DNA of 64,000 bases from an uncultured delta proteobacterium (GCA_963790475.1 CAWBOS010000010.1:1088001-1152000), one strand, 5' to 3'. Positions 9,490 to 19,847 are shown, counted from the first letter of the stretch. Notes: generated by a model from the sequence alone, not told the origin. Made by a program: numbers and translations.

Positions 9490-10431
9490 ATGAGTCTTGA
9501 ATTAAAACTAATCAGCGTCGTTACGGCCTGTTTCAATGAAGAAGAAAATGTAAAAGTACTCTATGAACAGATAAAGGCTGTATTTATCGATTTACCACAA
9601 TATGAATATGAACACATCTTTATCGATAATGCGTCAAAGGACAGAACCGTTGCAATTCTTAAGGAAATCGCACAAAAAGATCATAAGGTTAAAATCATTG
9701 TGAATACCCGCAATTTTGGCCATATTCGTTCACCCTATTATGCATTGATGCAGGCAAGGGGTGATGCAGTAATCAGTATCGTTGCCGATCTGCAGGACCC
9801 GCCCAACATGATCAAAGAATTTATCAAGAAATGGGAAGAAGGTTACAAGATCGTTATCGGTGTCAAGACGCAAAGTGAAGAATCTCAGATTTTTTTTGCT
9901 ATTCGCAAGGCGTATTACAATCTTGTCGGTCGCCTATCTGAGATAGAATTGATTAAAAATTTTACCGGATTCGGTTTGTATGACCAAAAAGTGATTGAGA
10001 CCCTGCGTAGTATTGAAGATCCCTATCCTTATTTCCGTGGATTAATCTGTGATATTGGCTTTGAAAGGGCCGTTATCGAGTATGTTCAGCCCTCACGAAA
10101 AAGGGGGTTGACAAAAAATAATTTTTATACTTTGTACGATATGGCCATGCTGGGGATTACCAACCATTCAAAAGTTCCCCTCAGGATCGCGACGATGACA
10201 GGTTTTATTGTAGCGCTTATAAGCCTGGTGGTAGCACTAGGGTATTTTGGGTACAAATTGATTTTCTGGGATAAATTTCAAGTCGGGATAGCGCCACTGG
10301 TCATCGGTCTGTTTTTCTTTTCCTCCGTCCAGTTGTTTTTTGTCGGCATTATTGGAGAATATGTCGGAGCTATCCATACACAGGTGTTGAGAAGGCCTTT
10401 GGTCGTGGAAAAAGAGAGAGTGAACTTTTAG
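9490..10431 (+). CDS. GtrB-like polyprenol-phosphate glycosyltransferase (GT2 plus two TM helices)
   Basis: FNEEEN, DNASKD, RNFG, ADLQDPP and C-terminal hydrophobic helices ending GIIGEYVG. Confidence 0.9.
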   Translation: MSLELKLISVVTACFNEEENVKVLYEQIKAVFIDLPQYEYEHIFIDNASKDRTVAILKEIAQKDHKVKIIVNTRNFGHIRSPYYALMQARGDAVISIVADLQDPPNMIKEFIKKWEEGYKIVIGVKTQSEESQIFFAIRKAYYNLVGRLSEIELIKNFTGFGLYDQKVIETLRSIEDPYPYFRGLICDIGFERAVIEYVQPSRKRGLTKNNFYTLYDMAMLGITNHSKVPLRIATMTGFIVALISLVVALGYFGYKLIFWDKFQVGIAPLVIGLFFFSSVQLFFVGIIGEYVGAIHTQVLRRPLVVEKERVNF

Positions 10432-10450
10432 TAACCCACATTATTCAAAC

Positions 10451-10643
10451 CGCAACCCTGGCCATGTGGAATTTTTATGCCTTCTCAAGTAAAGAAACCT
10501 CAGTTACCCACGGTTGGCTCAAGCCGATGTTGATGTTTTGCACCGAAATCCGGATTGCGTTTTTTGGAAATAAGCATTTTTTCCCCGGGACAGTAAAATT
10601 GCACCACTACGGTATAGCCTTCGATGTCAACGGCCTCCCTTGC
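10451..10643 (+). pseudogene. Degenerate duplicated fragment of the GT2 domain at about 12975-13170
   Basis: DNA similarity, e.g. CGGTTGGCTCAAGCCGATG present in both. Peptide GNKHFFPGTVKLHHYGIAFDVNGLP versus GNKQLFPGTEKLQHCGMAFDDNGLP, with indels. Confidence 0.85.
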
Positions 10644-11050
10644 TTTAGTCTTTTTAGAGGTTGGAAGATTATTCCGGCCACCTAACCAAGGGAGAAGCCT
10701 GGCCACAGAATGGCCGGGGCAAGCAAGTAGGGTGCCGGCTGGCTATCGGCGGCGGTAGCTAATCCTGAGTGAAACAAATTTTAAACCTGTAGACCGGATG
10801 ATGAGTTAAAAATCAGGTTAATAAATTAATAGCTTTCGATTTATAAAAAAAACTAACCTCTAACCTATTAATTCAAAGGTCTCATAAAATCGGTGGTGAA
10901 AACTTCCATTTTAACCGATCCCGCGAATATATGAAAAAACTGGGGTGGGTCCTCTGGTTGAACTCCTTGACAAATCATACCATCTATGGTTTAAGGTCAA
11001 CAAACTTTTAAGTTAGCGCGATTTATAAAAAGGATTACGAATCAAAAAGC

Positions 11051-11881
11051 ATGAATAGGAATCAACCCTTACCAGAATATGACTCGGCGCAGCATCGATC
11101 GCCGATTATTTCAGAATTAAGAGAGCTCCTGAACTACCGGGGCCTTTTGCGCCTGTATATTTCCCAAAGCATCAAGACTCGTTATAAACGATCTATGCTG
11201 GGTGTGGTCTGGACTTTGCTCAATCCCCTTTTAAATATGGCTGTTCTAACCCTTGCCTTTGCTGCTCTTTTTCGCTTCTCCTTAAAAAATTATCCCATAT
11301 ACTTACTGACCGGCCTGGTTTTCTGGAATTTCTTCTCCCAGACAACTGCGACGGCCATGGATAGACTCATTTGGGGCTCTGGCATTCTCAAGCGGATCTA
11401 TATTCCCCGGACAATCTTTTCGATTTCGGAGGTTGGGACAGGATTAGTCAATCTTTTTTTGGCCATGGTTCCCTTAGCTATTATTATGTTGATAATGGGA
11501 CACCCTTTTCGATTGGCTTTATTGTTTTTACCGGTATCGATTTTTATAATCGCCCTGTTCACCCTGGGTATGGCTTTGTTGGTTTCCACCTTGGCCTTGT
11601 TTTTTGTGGACGTGAGCGAAATGTACAAAATCTTGCTCTCGGCCTGGTTTTATATGACCCCGATAATTTATCCAATGAATATTATCCCCAAGAAATACAT
11701 GTGGTATATCAAGCTTAATCCGATGAACCATTTGGTCGAGTTATTCCGATCCCCAATTTATTCCGGTAGGTTGCCGGATTTAAATACGATGATTATCGCC
11801 GCTATTATGGCGATATCCTCTTTGTTCGTGGGATTGTGGGTATTTTCCAGAAAGGTCGATGAATTTGCATACCGAATTTAA
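11051..11881 (+). CDS. wzm: Polysaccharide ABC transporter permease
   Basis: RYKRSMLGVVWTLLNPL, FYMTPIIYP and NP motifs, about 6 TM segments. Confidence 0.92.
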   Translation: MNRNQPLPEYDSAQHRSPIISELRELLNYRGLLRLYISQSIKTRYKRSMLGVVWTLLNPLLNMAVLTLAFAALFRFSLKNYPIYLLTGLVFWNFFSQTTATAMDRLIWGSGILKRIYIPRTIFSISEVGTGLVNLFLAMVPLAIIMLIMGHPFRLALLFLPVSIFIIALFTLGMALLVSTLALFFVDVSEMYKILLSAWFYMTPIIYPMNIIPKKYMWYIKLNPMNHLVELFRSPIYSGRLPDLNTMIIAAIMAISSLFVGLWVFSRKVDEFAYRI

Positions 11882-12656
11882 CACGAGGCAGATACCTGCC
11901 AGCTCTCCTTATTGGGCTGACTCAATGATTCAGTTGGAGAATGTCTCGATAAGGTTTCGGATACCCCATGAACGAATACCCTCCATTAAGGAATATGCGA
12001 TTCGCCGCTTGCGGCGAAGCATTACTTACCATGATTTCTGGGCCTTGCGCCATATCAATTTAGAAGTCCATCACGGCGAGATATTTGGGATTGTCGGCCC
12101 CAACGGGGCTGGAAAAAGCACACTTCTTAAAGTGGTGTCCCGGGTCTTACGCCCGACAGAAGGTCGAATCCGGACTCGTGGCCGTGTAGCTCCTTTATTG
12201 GAATTAGGCGCTGGATTTGATTTTGAGCTAACCGGCCGGGAGAATATTTTTTTCAATGGAGCCATCCTTGGGTTTACTCATAAAGATTTAGAAGCCCGCC
12301 TGGAACGAATTATTGACTTTGCCGGACTTCAAGAGTTCATAAACTCTCCCATGCGAACCTACTCAACGGGCATGGTCGCTCGCCTCGGATTTTCAGTAGC
12401 CACCGATGTTCAACCAGACATTCTAATTATTGATGAGATCTTGTCGGTCGGCGATGAAGAGTTTCAACAAAAATCGGCCGCCCGAATAAAGTCATTTGGC
12501 CAGAACGGGACAACGATCTTTTTGGTATCCCATAGCCTTGAAACGGTCCAGACCATCTGTACAAGAGCAGCTTGGCTATCTCATGGGGAATTAAAGTCCG
12601 TTGGCGACGCCAGGAAGGTGGTCAAATCATATCAAAACGATACCGCCGCCGGATAA
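11859..12656 (+). CDS. wzt: Polysaccharide ABC transporter ATPase (no C-terminal carbohydrate-binding domain)
   Basis: GPNGAGKST, YSTGMVARL and IIDEILSVGD. Alternative ATG at 11925. Confidence 0.92.
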   Translation: MNLHTEFNTRQIPASSPYWADSMIQLENVSIRFRIPHERIPSIKEYAIRRLRRSITYHDFWALRHINLEVHHGEIFGIVGPNGAGKSTLLKVVSRVLRPTEGRIRTRGRVAPLLELGAGFDFELTGRENIFFNGAILGFTHKDLEARLERIIDFAGLQEFINSPMRTYSTGMVARLGFSVATDVQPDILIIDEILSVGDEEFQQKSAARIKSFGQNGTTIFLVSHSLETVQTICTRAAWLSHGELKSVGDARKVVKSYQNDTAAG

Positions 12657-12750
12657 CCTCGCTCTAATAATAACTGAATTACCTGAAGATTCCATATTGA
12701 ATTTAATCCATCTCGATTCAGAGTTATCTTTGTCTTCAAGCGAAAATTCT

Positions 12751-15700
12751 ATGCCGGTCGTTTCCATCCTCATCCCCTTTATTAACTGTCAGGAGATGAC
12801 CAAGCCCTGTTTGCAATCCTTACTCAGCCATACCGACGGGATAGCTTATGAAATTATTTTGGTGGATGATGCCGGTGATGAACCCCTGGACTTCTCTTGG
12901 AAAACTCCGACCTCCCCTATCCGGATAATCCGTACTCAGGTTCGAAAAAATTTCAGTGTCAACAACAATCAGGCGGCCGCCCTGGCCCGGGGGAAATTCT
13001 TATGCCTTCTCAATAATGATACGCTGGTTACACCCGGTTGGCTCAAGCCGATGGTTGATATTTTGCGTCGCACTCCGGACATCGGGGTCTTGGGAAACAA
13101 ACAGCTTTTTCCCGGAACGGAAAAATTGCAACACTGCGGTATGGCCTTTGATGATAACGGCCTGCCCTGGCATTTACATCCCCGTACCGACCCTTCCCTT
13201 CCGGCTGTCAATTATCAGCGGGACTTGCCGGACGTCGCCTTTGCCTGTCGTCAAGCTTTGGAGGAAGAAAATAAGAAACTGTTTTTAGCCAAGTGGCAGG
13301 GGAAAATCGAACCGGACCTGAACCGAATAACCCAGGAAGACCAGGACTACAATCGAAGACAAATGGAGCGACCCCGCCATCGTCCTCCTCTGGAACCGGG
13401 GGTGCACCTGGCCATTGACCTCAGTCAGGCCGATGACTTTACCTGGACTGGTGTCGATTTGGCCTTGACGCTACATCAATTCGGAGAGCCGGTTACCCTG
13501 CTCCACGGCTCACTTAACCGGAACATAGAACCTCATAAAGCCCGAATCCTTCATAGTCTGATGACCAAAAACCCGAATAAACGGTTCCAGATAAAATGGT
13601 CCCATTATTCGCCCAGGCATTTAAACCAGTCACTTAATGGGGAAATAAATGCCGAGATTTTTTGTACCAATTACCGCTATCGTCCTGAAGGCAGAATTCT
13701 TGATTTTTGGATGCGTCATGTCCAGGTTAACGGCTATCGTAAGCTTCCGGTTGCATCCTTTAACCAGGAGGCCCTCCTGGAAATCGGAGTCCATCCGGAA
13801 GATTGTGCGATTATGCCTTTGGGCTATTCACCGGAGATCGATCTCATTTATCCGGAAGGGCGCCCTGCTCCTTCGCCTTCCTCTTCTGATCTCAATATTT
13901 TGGTGGTCACTAATTCTCATGATCCATATCGCTACGGGACGGACCTCCTGATCCAGGCCTTAGGACGAGTCTTTGGTCAGGATGACCCGGTTGTGGTGCA
14001 TATTAAAGATTATGGGGGGATCCAGGGAAACGATATTCTGAACCAGTGCATCCAGGCGCAGGACCATTTTCCAAGGGTAATATGGCATCGTCAATTCTTG
14101 ACAAAAGGCGATCTGATCCGCCTTTATGCGGAAATGGACATCCTGGTGGCCCCATTCCGTGGCGAAGGGTTTGGAATGGACCTCCTGGATGCCATGGCTC
14201 TCGGTCTTCCGGTTCTCCTCCCGGCCTTTGGCGGACCGACTGATTTCATCCTTGAGGGCGCTTACCTGCCCTTAATGTTCGATGAAGTGGCTGTGGGTGA
14301 ATGCCGGGATCGGCGTCTTTTTTTCCTCGGAGAAGGAACTTACTGGTGTCAGACAAGACTGGAAGATTTAATCAACCAACTGCGGTCCCTTCCTAATCGG
14401 CGCGAGGAAATCTCGGCTGTGGGGCTGAAAAGCAGAGATTATGTCCACAAAAGGTTTACCTGGTTCAACACCGCCGATCGACTCATGAAATCGCTGCGCA
14501 GTTGGGAACAAGAAAGGACGGGCAGGGTGAGCGTCCGGCGGGGTCCTGATACCTTTCCTCTATCGGTCATCATACCAACGCGAGACCGGAAAGAGATCTT
14601 GAGCCAAACCTTAAATGCCTATCGGAAACAAACTTTGCCGGTCGATCAATTTGAAATGGTGCTGGTCAATGACCATGGTGATCCGGAGAAATTGAAATCC
14701 TTGCTCCAGGCCAACCCGGTTTCTTTTCCGGTCCGCGTGCTGGAAAACAAGGGACCGGAGGGCCCGGCAGCCGCGCGTAATCTGGCCATCGAGCAGTCCC
14801 GTGGCGAAATTTTGCTGATCACCGGTGATGACATTATCCCAGACATCCATTATCTTCAGGAACATCTGGACGGCCACAAACGCTTTCCACAACTGGAATC
14901 GGCGCTGGTTGGGCTGACCCTCTGGCATCCCGATCTCCAAATAACACCCTTCATGGAGATCATTACCGGCAAGAAAGGACAGCAATTCGACTATACCGGG
15001 TTAAAACATAATCATGAAGTTTCCCCTAACCGTTTCTTTACCTCCAACGTCTCCCTTAAAAGGGCTTTTTTAATTGAAGAAGAGGGTCTCTTCAGCACCC
15101 ACTTTCGTTACGCCGCTTATGAAGATATTGAATTGGCTTTTCGGCTGCACCAACGGGGGATGGTATTAAAGTACATCGAAACCGCCAAAGGATATCACTA
15201 CCACCCTACCACCTTCCGGGCCTTTGTTGAACGCCAAAGGAAAGTGGGACGTATGCTGACCCTTTTTGTTTTACATCACCCCTCTTTTGATCCTTATGAA
15301 CACCTCCCCTTTTTGCGGGCACTGGAGTTTCTCCGCAGCAGCCGATACAAACCTCAAATTCCAGGAAACCAGGCCGGACAGATGGAAAAACTGCTTGAGG
15401 CCCTGACGGCTTCCTATGAAGCCGCGCTTGAATTCACTGGCCTACTGAAAATCCCTCAGGGACGGGACATAGCAGATAGCGATGCCCGCCGGTGGCAACG
15501 ATGGTTACATCAGGGAGGAAATCCGACCTGGGAAGTGATCAATGAGCTGTTACTGCGCTCCGGTATGGCCGAGGAATGGGCTTCTAATGAAAAGGAAGCC
15601 GAAGAGCTAAAAGACTGGCTCCTGATGGTCATTTTGCCACGGTACCTGGGACCAAGCGGAATCTATTCTATGTTTCCTTTTACCAAACCGGACTTAGCTA

Positions 15701-15846
15701 CCAGATTGTCCAATTCCAGGATCATCTTTTGGACGGCCGAGGGCCTCCGAAAAATCCCTTATTCAAGAGTTGGTTTTCAGTGGATTAAGAACAGTCGAGC
15801 TGGACAGGCCCTGAAAGCCAAACTGAAAAAAATAATCCAAAGGTAA
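12751..15846 (+). CDS. Multidomain glycosyltransferase (GT2 + GT4 + GT2)
   Basis: N-terminal VDDAG/LLNND, central RGEGFGMDLLDAMALGLP, C-terminal NDHG/TGDD/YEDIELAFR. ATG at 12751 likely. Confidence 0.85.
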   Translation: MPVVSILIPFINCQEMTKPCLQSLLSHTDGIAYEIILVDDAGDEPLDFSWKTPTSPIRIIRTQVRKNFSVNNNQAAALARGKFLCLLNNDTLVTPGWLKPMVDILRRTPDIGVLGNKQLFPGTEKLQHCGMAFDDNGLPWHLHPRTDPSLPAVNYQRDLPDVAFACRQALEEENKKLFLAKWQGKIEPDLNRITQEDQDYNRRQMERPRHRPPLEPGVHLAIDLSQADDFTWTGVDLALTLHQFGEPVTLLHGSLNRNIEPHKARILHSLMTKNPNKRFQIKWSHYSPRHLNQSLNGEINAEIFCTNYRYRPEGRILDFWMRHVQVNGYRKLPVASFNQEALLEIGVHPEDCAIMPLGYSPEIDLIYPEGRPAPSPSSSDLNILVVTNSHDPYRYGTDLLIQALGRVFGQDDPVVVHIKDYGGIQGNDILNQCIQAQDHFPRVIWHRQFLTKGDLIRLYAEMDILVAPFRGEGFGMDLLDAMALGLPVLLPAFGGPTDFILEGAYLPLMFDEVAVGECRDRRLFFLGEGTYWCQTRLEDLINQLRSLPNRREEISAVGLKSRDYVHKRFTWFNTADRLMKSLRSWEQERTGRVSVRRGPDTFPLSVIIPTRDRKEILSQTLNAYRKQTLPVDQFEMVLVNDHGDPEKLKSLLQANPVSFPVRVLENKGPEGPAAARNLAIEQSRGEILLITGDDIIPDIHYLQEHLDGHKRFPQLESALVGLTLWHPDLQITPFMEIITGKKGQQFDYTGLKHNHEVSPNRFFTSNVSLKRAFLIEEEGLFSTHFRYAAYEDIELAFRLHQRGMVLKYIETAKGYHYHPTTFRAFVERQRKVGRMLTLFVLHHPSFDPYEHLPFLRALEFLRSSRYKPQIPGNQAGQMEKLLEALTASYEAALEFTGLLKIPQGRDIADSDARRWQRWLHQGGNPTWEVINELLLRSGMAEEWASNEKEAEELKDWLLMVILPRYLGPSGIYSMFPFTKPDLATRLSNSRIIFWTAEGLRKIPYSRVGFQWIKNSRAGQALKAKLKKIIQR

Positions 15847-15879
15847 GATCCTGGAAATCAAGGCGACCGGCCTTAATCT

Positions 15880-17274
15880 ATGAAGCTCCCATTTATTTCG
15901 ATCATTATTGTCAATTACAATGGCGCCCATTTCTTGCCTGCCTGTTTAGACGCCCTGCGTAACCAGAGCTACCCTTCGAATCGTTTCGAGGTGATCATTT
16001 CTGATAATGGATCCACTGATGACTCTCTAACCTTAATTGGAAACCGATATTCATGGGTCCGCATTTTGAGTAATGAGCGCAATTTAGGCTTTGCTTCAGG
16101 AAATAATGTCGCCATCAAATCGAGCCGAGGAAAGCATATCGTCTTGCTCAACAATGATACCATCCCCTCACCCACTTGGTTGGAAAACCTGGTGAAGCCT
16201 ATTGAAAATGATAATCAGGCCGGAATGATTACCAGTCGACTGCAATTGCTCCATGACCAACTTGTCCTCACACTCCAGGTAGAACCTCTCAGCCCGGAAA
16301 ACGATAATCGTGAATCGGGGATTCAGGTATTCGGGGTCGATAGCCAAGCCCCTAAGGGGGTAGTTCAATATCTTGACGGATTCTATGGCTGGGAATCCGA
16401 TCTCTCAGGGAATCAATTCCGCCGGACTAGCACCGTAGCCCATCTCGGCATACCAGTACCCGAAGGGAATGGCGATTGGAGCCTTCGGTTGTGTTTAGCG
16501 GCAGGTGAACCCTCCGGAAGGAAAACTCGGGTGAAAGTGACCGTCGAAGACCAGCTTCTTACCCAATGGACGGTGGCTGGCAGGGAATCCATTGATTATA
16601 ACCTGCCCCTGGCTTCAGCAACCAGAAATCTGGCCATCCCGTTAGTACAAAATGCCGGTTCCTATATTTTTAAAAATGGGAGCGGCCGGGACCGCGGGAC
16701 ATTTGTCCGCAATGGCGAGGCCTACTACGAAACAGATGATGGCCAATATAATCAAATAGAAGAAGTCTTCGCCGGATGCGGGGCCGGTTTATTAATCCGG
16801 AGAGCCCTGTTAGAAGATATAGGTTTTTTGGACGATGATTTTTTTATGTATTATGAAGATATGGATTTATCCTGGCGGGCACGACTACGAGGCTGGAAGG
16901 TTCTATACGCCCCCCAGGCAATAGTACGCCATGTTCATTGTGGAACGTCAGGGGAATGGTCACCCCTATTCCTCTACCATGTTGATCGTAATCGGTTAGC
17001 CATGTTATTTAAGAATGGAACTTGGAGCCAAATTGGATTGGAATGGGGCAAATATATAACCCGGGTAATCACAGAAACCATGAGGATGCTGTATTCCCTG
17101 GTAAGGATGCGAAGAAATCGGCCTGTGCCTGTTCGACAGGCGATTATTCAGTATCGTGTTCTATGGGCCTTATTGAAATGGTTACCGGGCCTGTGGGTTA
17201 AACGGCAACAGATTCAGAAGAGGCGCAAGGTGCCTGAAAAAAAAATTACGGTTTGGTATGCGAATCAGGAATAA
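15880..17274 (+). CDS. GT2 glycosyltransferase with an internal inserted domain
   Basis: DNGSTD, NLGFA, LLNND and FFMYYEDMDLSWR motifs, with about 130 extra residues between core segments. Confidence 0.88.
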   Translation: MKLPFISIIIVNYNGAHFLPACLDALRNQSYPSNRFEVIISDNGSTDDSLTLIGNRYSWVRILSNERNLGFASGNNVAIKSSRGKHIVLLNNDTIPSPTWLENLVKPIENDNQAGMITSRLQLLHDQLVLTLQVEPLSPENDNRESGIQVFGVDSQAPKGVVQYLDGFYGWESDLSGNQFRRTSTVAHLGIPVPEGNGDWSLRLCLAAGEPSGRKTRVKVTVEDQLLTQWTVAGRESIDYNLPLASATRNLAIPLVQNAGSYIFKNGSGRDRGTFVRNGEAYYETDDGQYNQIEEVFAGCGAGLLIRRALLEDIGFLDDDFFMYYEDMDLSWRARLRGWKVLYAPQAIVRHVHCGTSGEWSPLFLYHVDRNRLAMLFKNGTWSQIGLEWGKYITRVITETMRMLYSLVRMRRNRPVPVRQAIIQYRVLWALLKWLPGLWVKRQQIQKRRKVPEKKITVWYANQE

Positions 17275-17276
17275 CG

Positions 17277-18836
17277 ATGCGGGTTGGTATCTATAATCGG
17301 TGGTTGAAAACCCTAGGGGGAGGCGAAAAACTCAGCCTGGCCATAGCCGAATATCTGTCCCAAAGACATTCGGTTACCATGATCAGTCATAGACCGGTAT
17401 CCAAGGATCTGGCAGCAGACCATTTAAAAATAGATCTTTCTAAAGTTCAATTTAAAATTACCCCGGAACGTCCGGCGATTGAGATTGAGCCAGTCACCGC
17501 CGACTACGACCTTTTCATCAATGCCTCCTTCATGGACCTTTTTCCTTCCCGAGCCTCTCATAATGTCCTTTTAGTCTATTTCCCTGGTTCCATTAAAAGG
17601 ACTGTCTTAACCAAAATCAGATTACAAATAGGGAAAGTCATTAAAAAAAGTTTAATGTTGCCTACCTTCGTTGATTGTGTTTTTGATATCCAAACCTCAA
17701 GCAGGTCTTTTTTAAGGGCCGTTAGTTCAACGGTAAAAATACTCCTTCCTTCCAGTCGCTCGGCTTTTAGTGTACATTTCGATCTGGCTTCGGAATGTGC
17801 CGATATCCGGCAAGCCACCATATCCTTAGATGGTGAGCCGGTGGAAACAATCGACCTCCCTCCGGAAAGAAAATTCATCCATTATCGGGTTGATGTCCAG
17901 GCAAAAAAAACTAACGCATTTCGTGAGTTGATTATTCAAGGCCGGACCAAGAGGCAGGGGAACGATAATCAGGCGGTTCAAATGGCCTTGTCCGGCTTTG
18001 AAATTGATCATCCGCGTTATCACCTTTATCAAATTCTTTTTGAACGAAAACTTAAAAAATTGGGGCTTCGCCTTTATCGCATTCCCGGGAAATCCGGTTC
18101 TATGCTTGAAAGTATTGATAGCTATACGGCCATTTGGGCCATTTCCGAGTTTACCCGAACCTGGATTGAAAGGTATTGGAAGCGTCCGAGTGTGATTCTT
18201 TATCCTCTGGTAGATGTTGAAAGTTTTAGTCCTCTACAAAAAAAAAATCAGATACTCAATGTGGGACGTTTTTTCCCCGGAGGTCATAACAAAAAACATC
18301 TGGAAATGATTAAAGTCTTTAAAGAGATGGTGAAACAAGGCCTTACGGGATGGGAATTTCATCTGGCCGGAGGGACCAACATTAACAGCAATGACGATAA
18401 AAAATATTTAAATAAGGTTTATGCCCGGGCCAAAGGCTATCCTATCATAATCCACCCCAATATTCCCTTCGAAGATTTGGTAACCCTATATGGGGAAAGC
18501 GCCATTTATTGGCACGCCAGCGGGCTTAATGAAAATGAAGATCGTGAACCGGTTAAATTTGAACATTTCGGCATCACCACGGTTGAGGCCATGGCATCCG
18601 GCTGTGTGCCGGTAGTGATCGGAAAGGGGGGACAAAGGGAGATTGTCAAACATGGCCGGAATGGTTTTTTGTGGAAGGACCTTGATGAATTAAAGACTTT
18701 TACCTGGCAAGTAGTTAAAGACCCTTCCTTATTTCAAAGACTGTCTGAAGCGGCCATGAATGACAGCCATCTCTTTGATAAGATCCATTTCGAGTCCAAC
18801 CTCCAAGAATTAGTCCGACAAATAGGGTTTGAATAA
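17277..18836 (+). CDS. GT4 glycosyltransferase with an internal inserted domain
   Basis: Motifs LGGGEK, VGRFF...KKH and EHFGITTVEAMASG. Confidence 0.88.
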   Translation: MRVGIYNRWLKTLGGGEKLSLAIAEYLSQRHSVTMISHRPVSKDLAADHLKIDLSKVQFKITPERPAIEIEPVTADYDLFINASFMDLFPSRASHNVLLVYFPGSIKRTVLTKIRLQIGKVIKKSLMLPTFVDCVFDIQTSSRSFLRAVSSTVKILLPSSRSAFSVHFDLASECADIRQATISLDGEPVETIDLPPERKFIHYRVDVQAKKTNAFRELIIQGRTKRQGNDNQAVQMALSGFEIDHPRYHLYQILFERKLKKLGLRLYRIPGKSGSMLESIDSYTAIWAISEFTRTWIERYWKRPSVILYPLVDVESFSPLQKKNQILNVGRFFPGGHNKKHLEMIKVFKEMVKQGLTGWEFHLAGGTNINSNDDKKYLNKVYARAKGYPIIIHPNIPFEDLVTLYGESAIYWHASGLNENEDREPVKFEHFGITTVEAMASGCVPVVIGKGGQREIVKHGRNGFLWKDLDELKTFTWQVVKDPSLFQRLSEAAMNDSHLFDKIHFESNLQELVRQIGFE

Positions 18837-18849
18837 AAAAAATGTTGAC

Positions 18850-19836
18850 ATGAAAGCCCCTCTGGTCTCGGTCATTATCGTTAACTGGAACGGTCGGAAG
18901 GTTTTGAATCGATGCCTGACCGCAATAGCAGCCCAGGATTTTAAGGATTTCGAGGTCATTGTTATTGATAACGGCTCAACGGACGGCTCGGTGGACGGGT
19001 TGGAGGTTGATTGGCCGGATACTCGGGTAATACCGCTGAAAGAAAACCGGGGCTTTGCCGCAGCCAACAATTTGGGGGCCGAGTTGGCTCAAGGGACCTG
19101 GATAGCCCTACTCAATAATGACGCCTTCCCTTCACCCGGATGGCTTGATGCCCTGGTTTCGGCTGCCGCAAAAAATCCGGAGTTTACTTTCTTCGCCTCT
19201 TGTCTAACCATGGCCCGACAGGGTGAATATCTGGATGGAATGGGGGATGTCTATCATGGGAGCGGCATGGCCTGGCGCCGAGGACATGGGCAACTACAAA
19301 GAGACCAACATACCGAACCGTCCGAAGTTTTTGGACCCTGTGCCGCAGCCGCCCTTTATCCCCGGGAAATATTCATCCAGACAGGCGGTTTTGATGAGAC
19401 ATTTTTTTGCTATCATGAGGATGTAGACCTCGCTTTCCGGCTGCGTTTGCAGGGACACCGCTGCCTCTATGTGCCTGAGGCCCTGGTCGAACATGTCGGC
19501 TCCGGCAGCCAGGGGGCTCATAGTGATTTTGTGCTCTATCACGGTCATCGGAATTTGATCTGGACTTATTTCAAAAATATGCCGGCCTCTCTCTTCTGGC
19601 GCTACCTGCCGGCTCATCTGATGCTTAATATAATCTCCCTGCTTTGGTTCTCCTTAAAAGGGCATGGCCGGGCTATCTGGAGGGCCAAATGGGATGCCAT
19701 CCGGGGGCTTCCCGTCGTCCTAAAAAAACGACGGCAAATCCAGAGGGGGAGACAAGCTTCCATTTCCGAAATCAATCGAGCCATGGATCACGGCTGGTTA
19801 AACCCCTATTTATCCGGCAAAAAAAGACGAGCCTGA
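18850..19836 (+). CDS. GT2 glycosyltransferase (WbbL/rhamnosyltransferase-like)
   Basis: Motifs IIVNWN, DNGSTD, NRGFAAANN, LLNND and GGFDETFFCYHEDVDLAFR. Confidence 0.9.
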   Translation: MKAPLVSVIIVNWNGRKVLNRCLTAIAAQDFKDFEVIVIDNGSTDGSVDGLEVDWPDTRVIPLKENRGFAAANNLGAELAQGTWIALLNNDAFPSPGWLDALVSAAAKNPEFTFFASCLTMARQGEYLDGMGDVYHGSGMAWRRGHGQLQRDQHTEPSEVFGPCAAAALYPREIFIQTGGFDETFFCYHEDVDLAFRLRLQGHRCLYVPEALVEHVGSGSQGAHSDFVLYHGHRNLIWTYFKNMPASLFWRYLPAHLMLNIISLLWFSLKGHGRAIWRAKWDAIRGLPVVLKKRRQIQRGRQASISEINRAMDHGWLNPYLSGKKRRA

Positions 19837-19847
19837 ATAAAGGCTTT

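Noticed and set aside
10751-10762. GGCGGTAG as an ops/JUMPStart element upstream of wzm
   Set aside because: It lacks the downstream TG and the JUMPStart context, and an 8-mer match can occur by chance.
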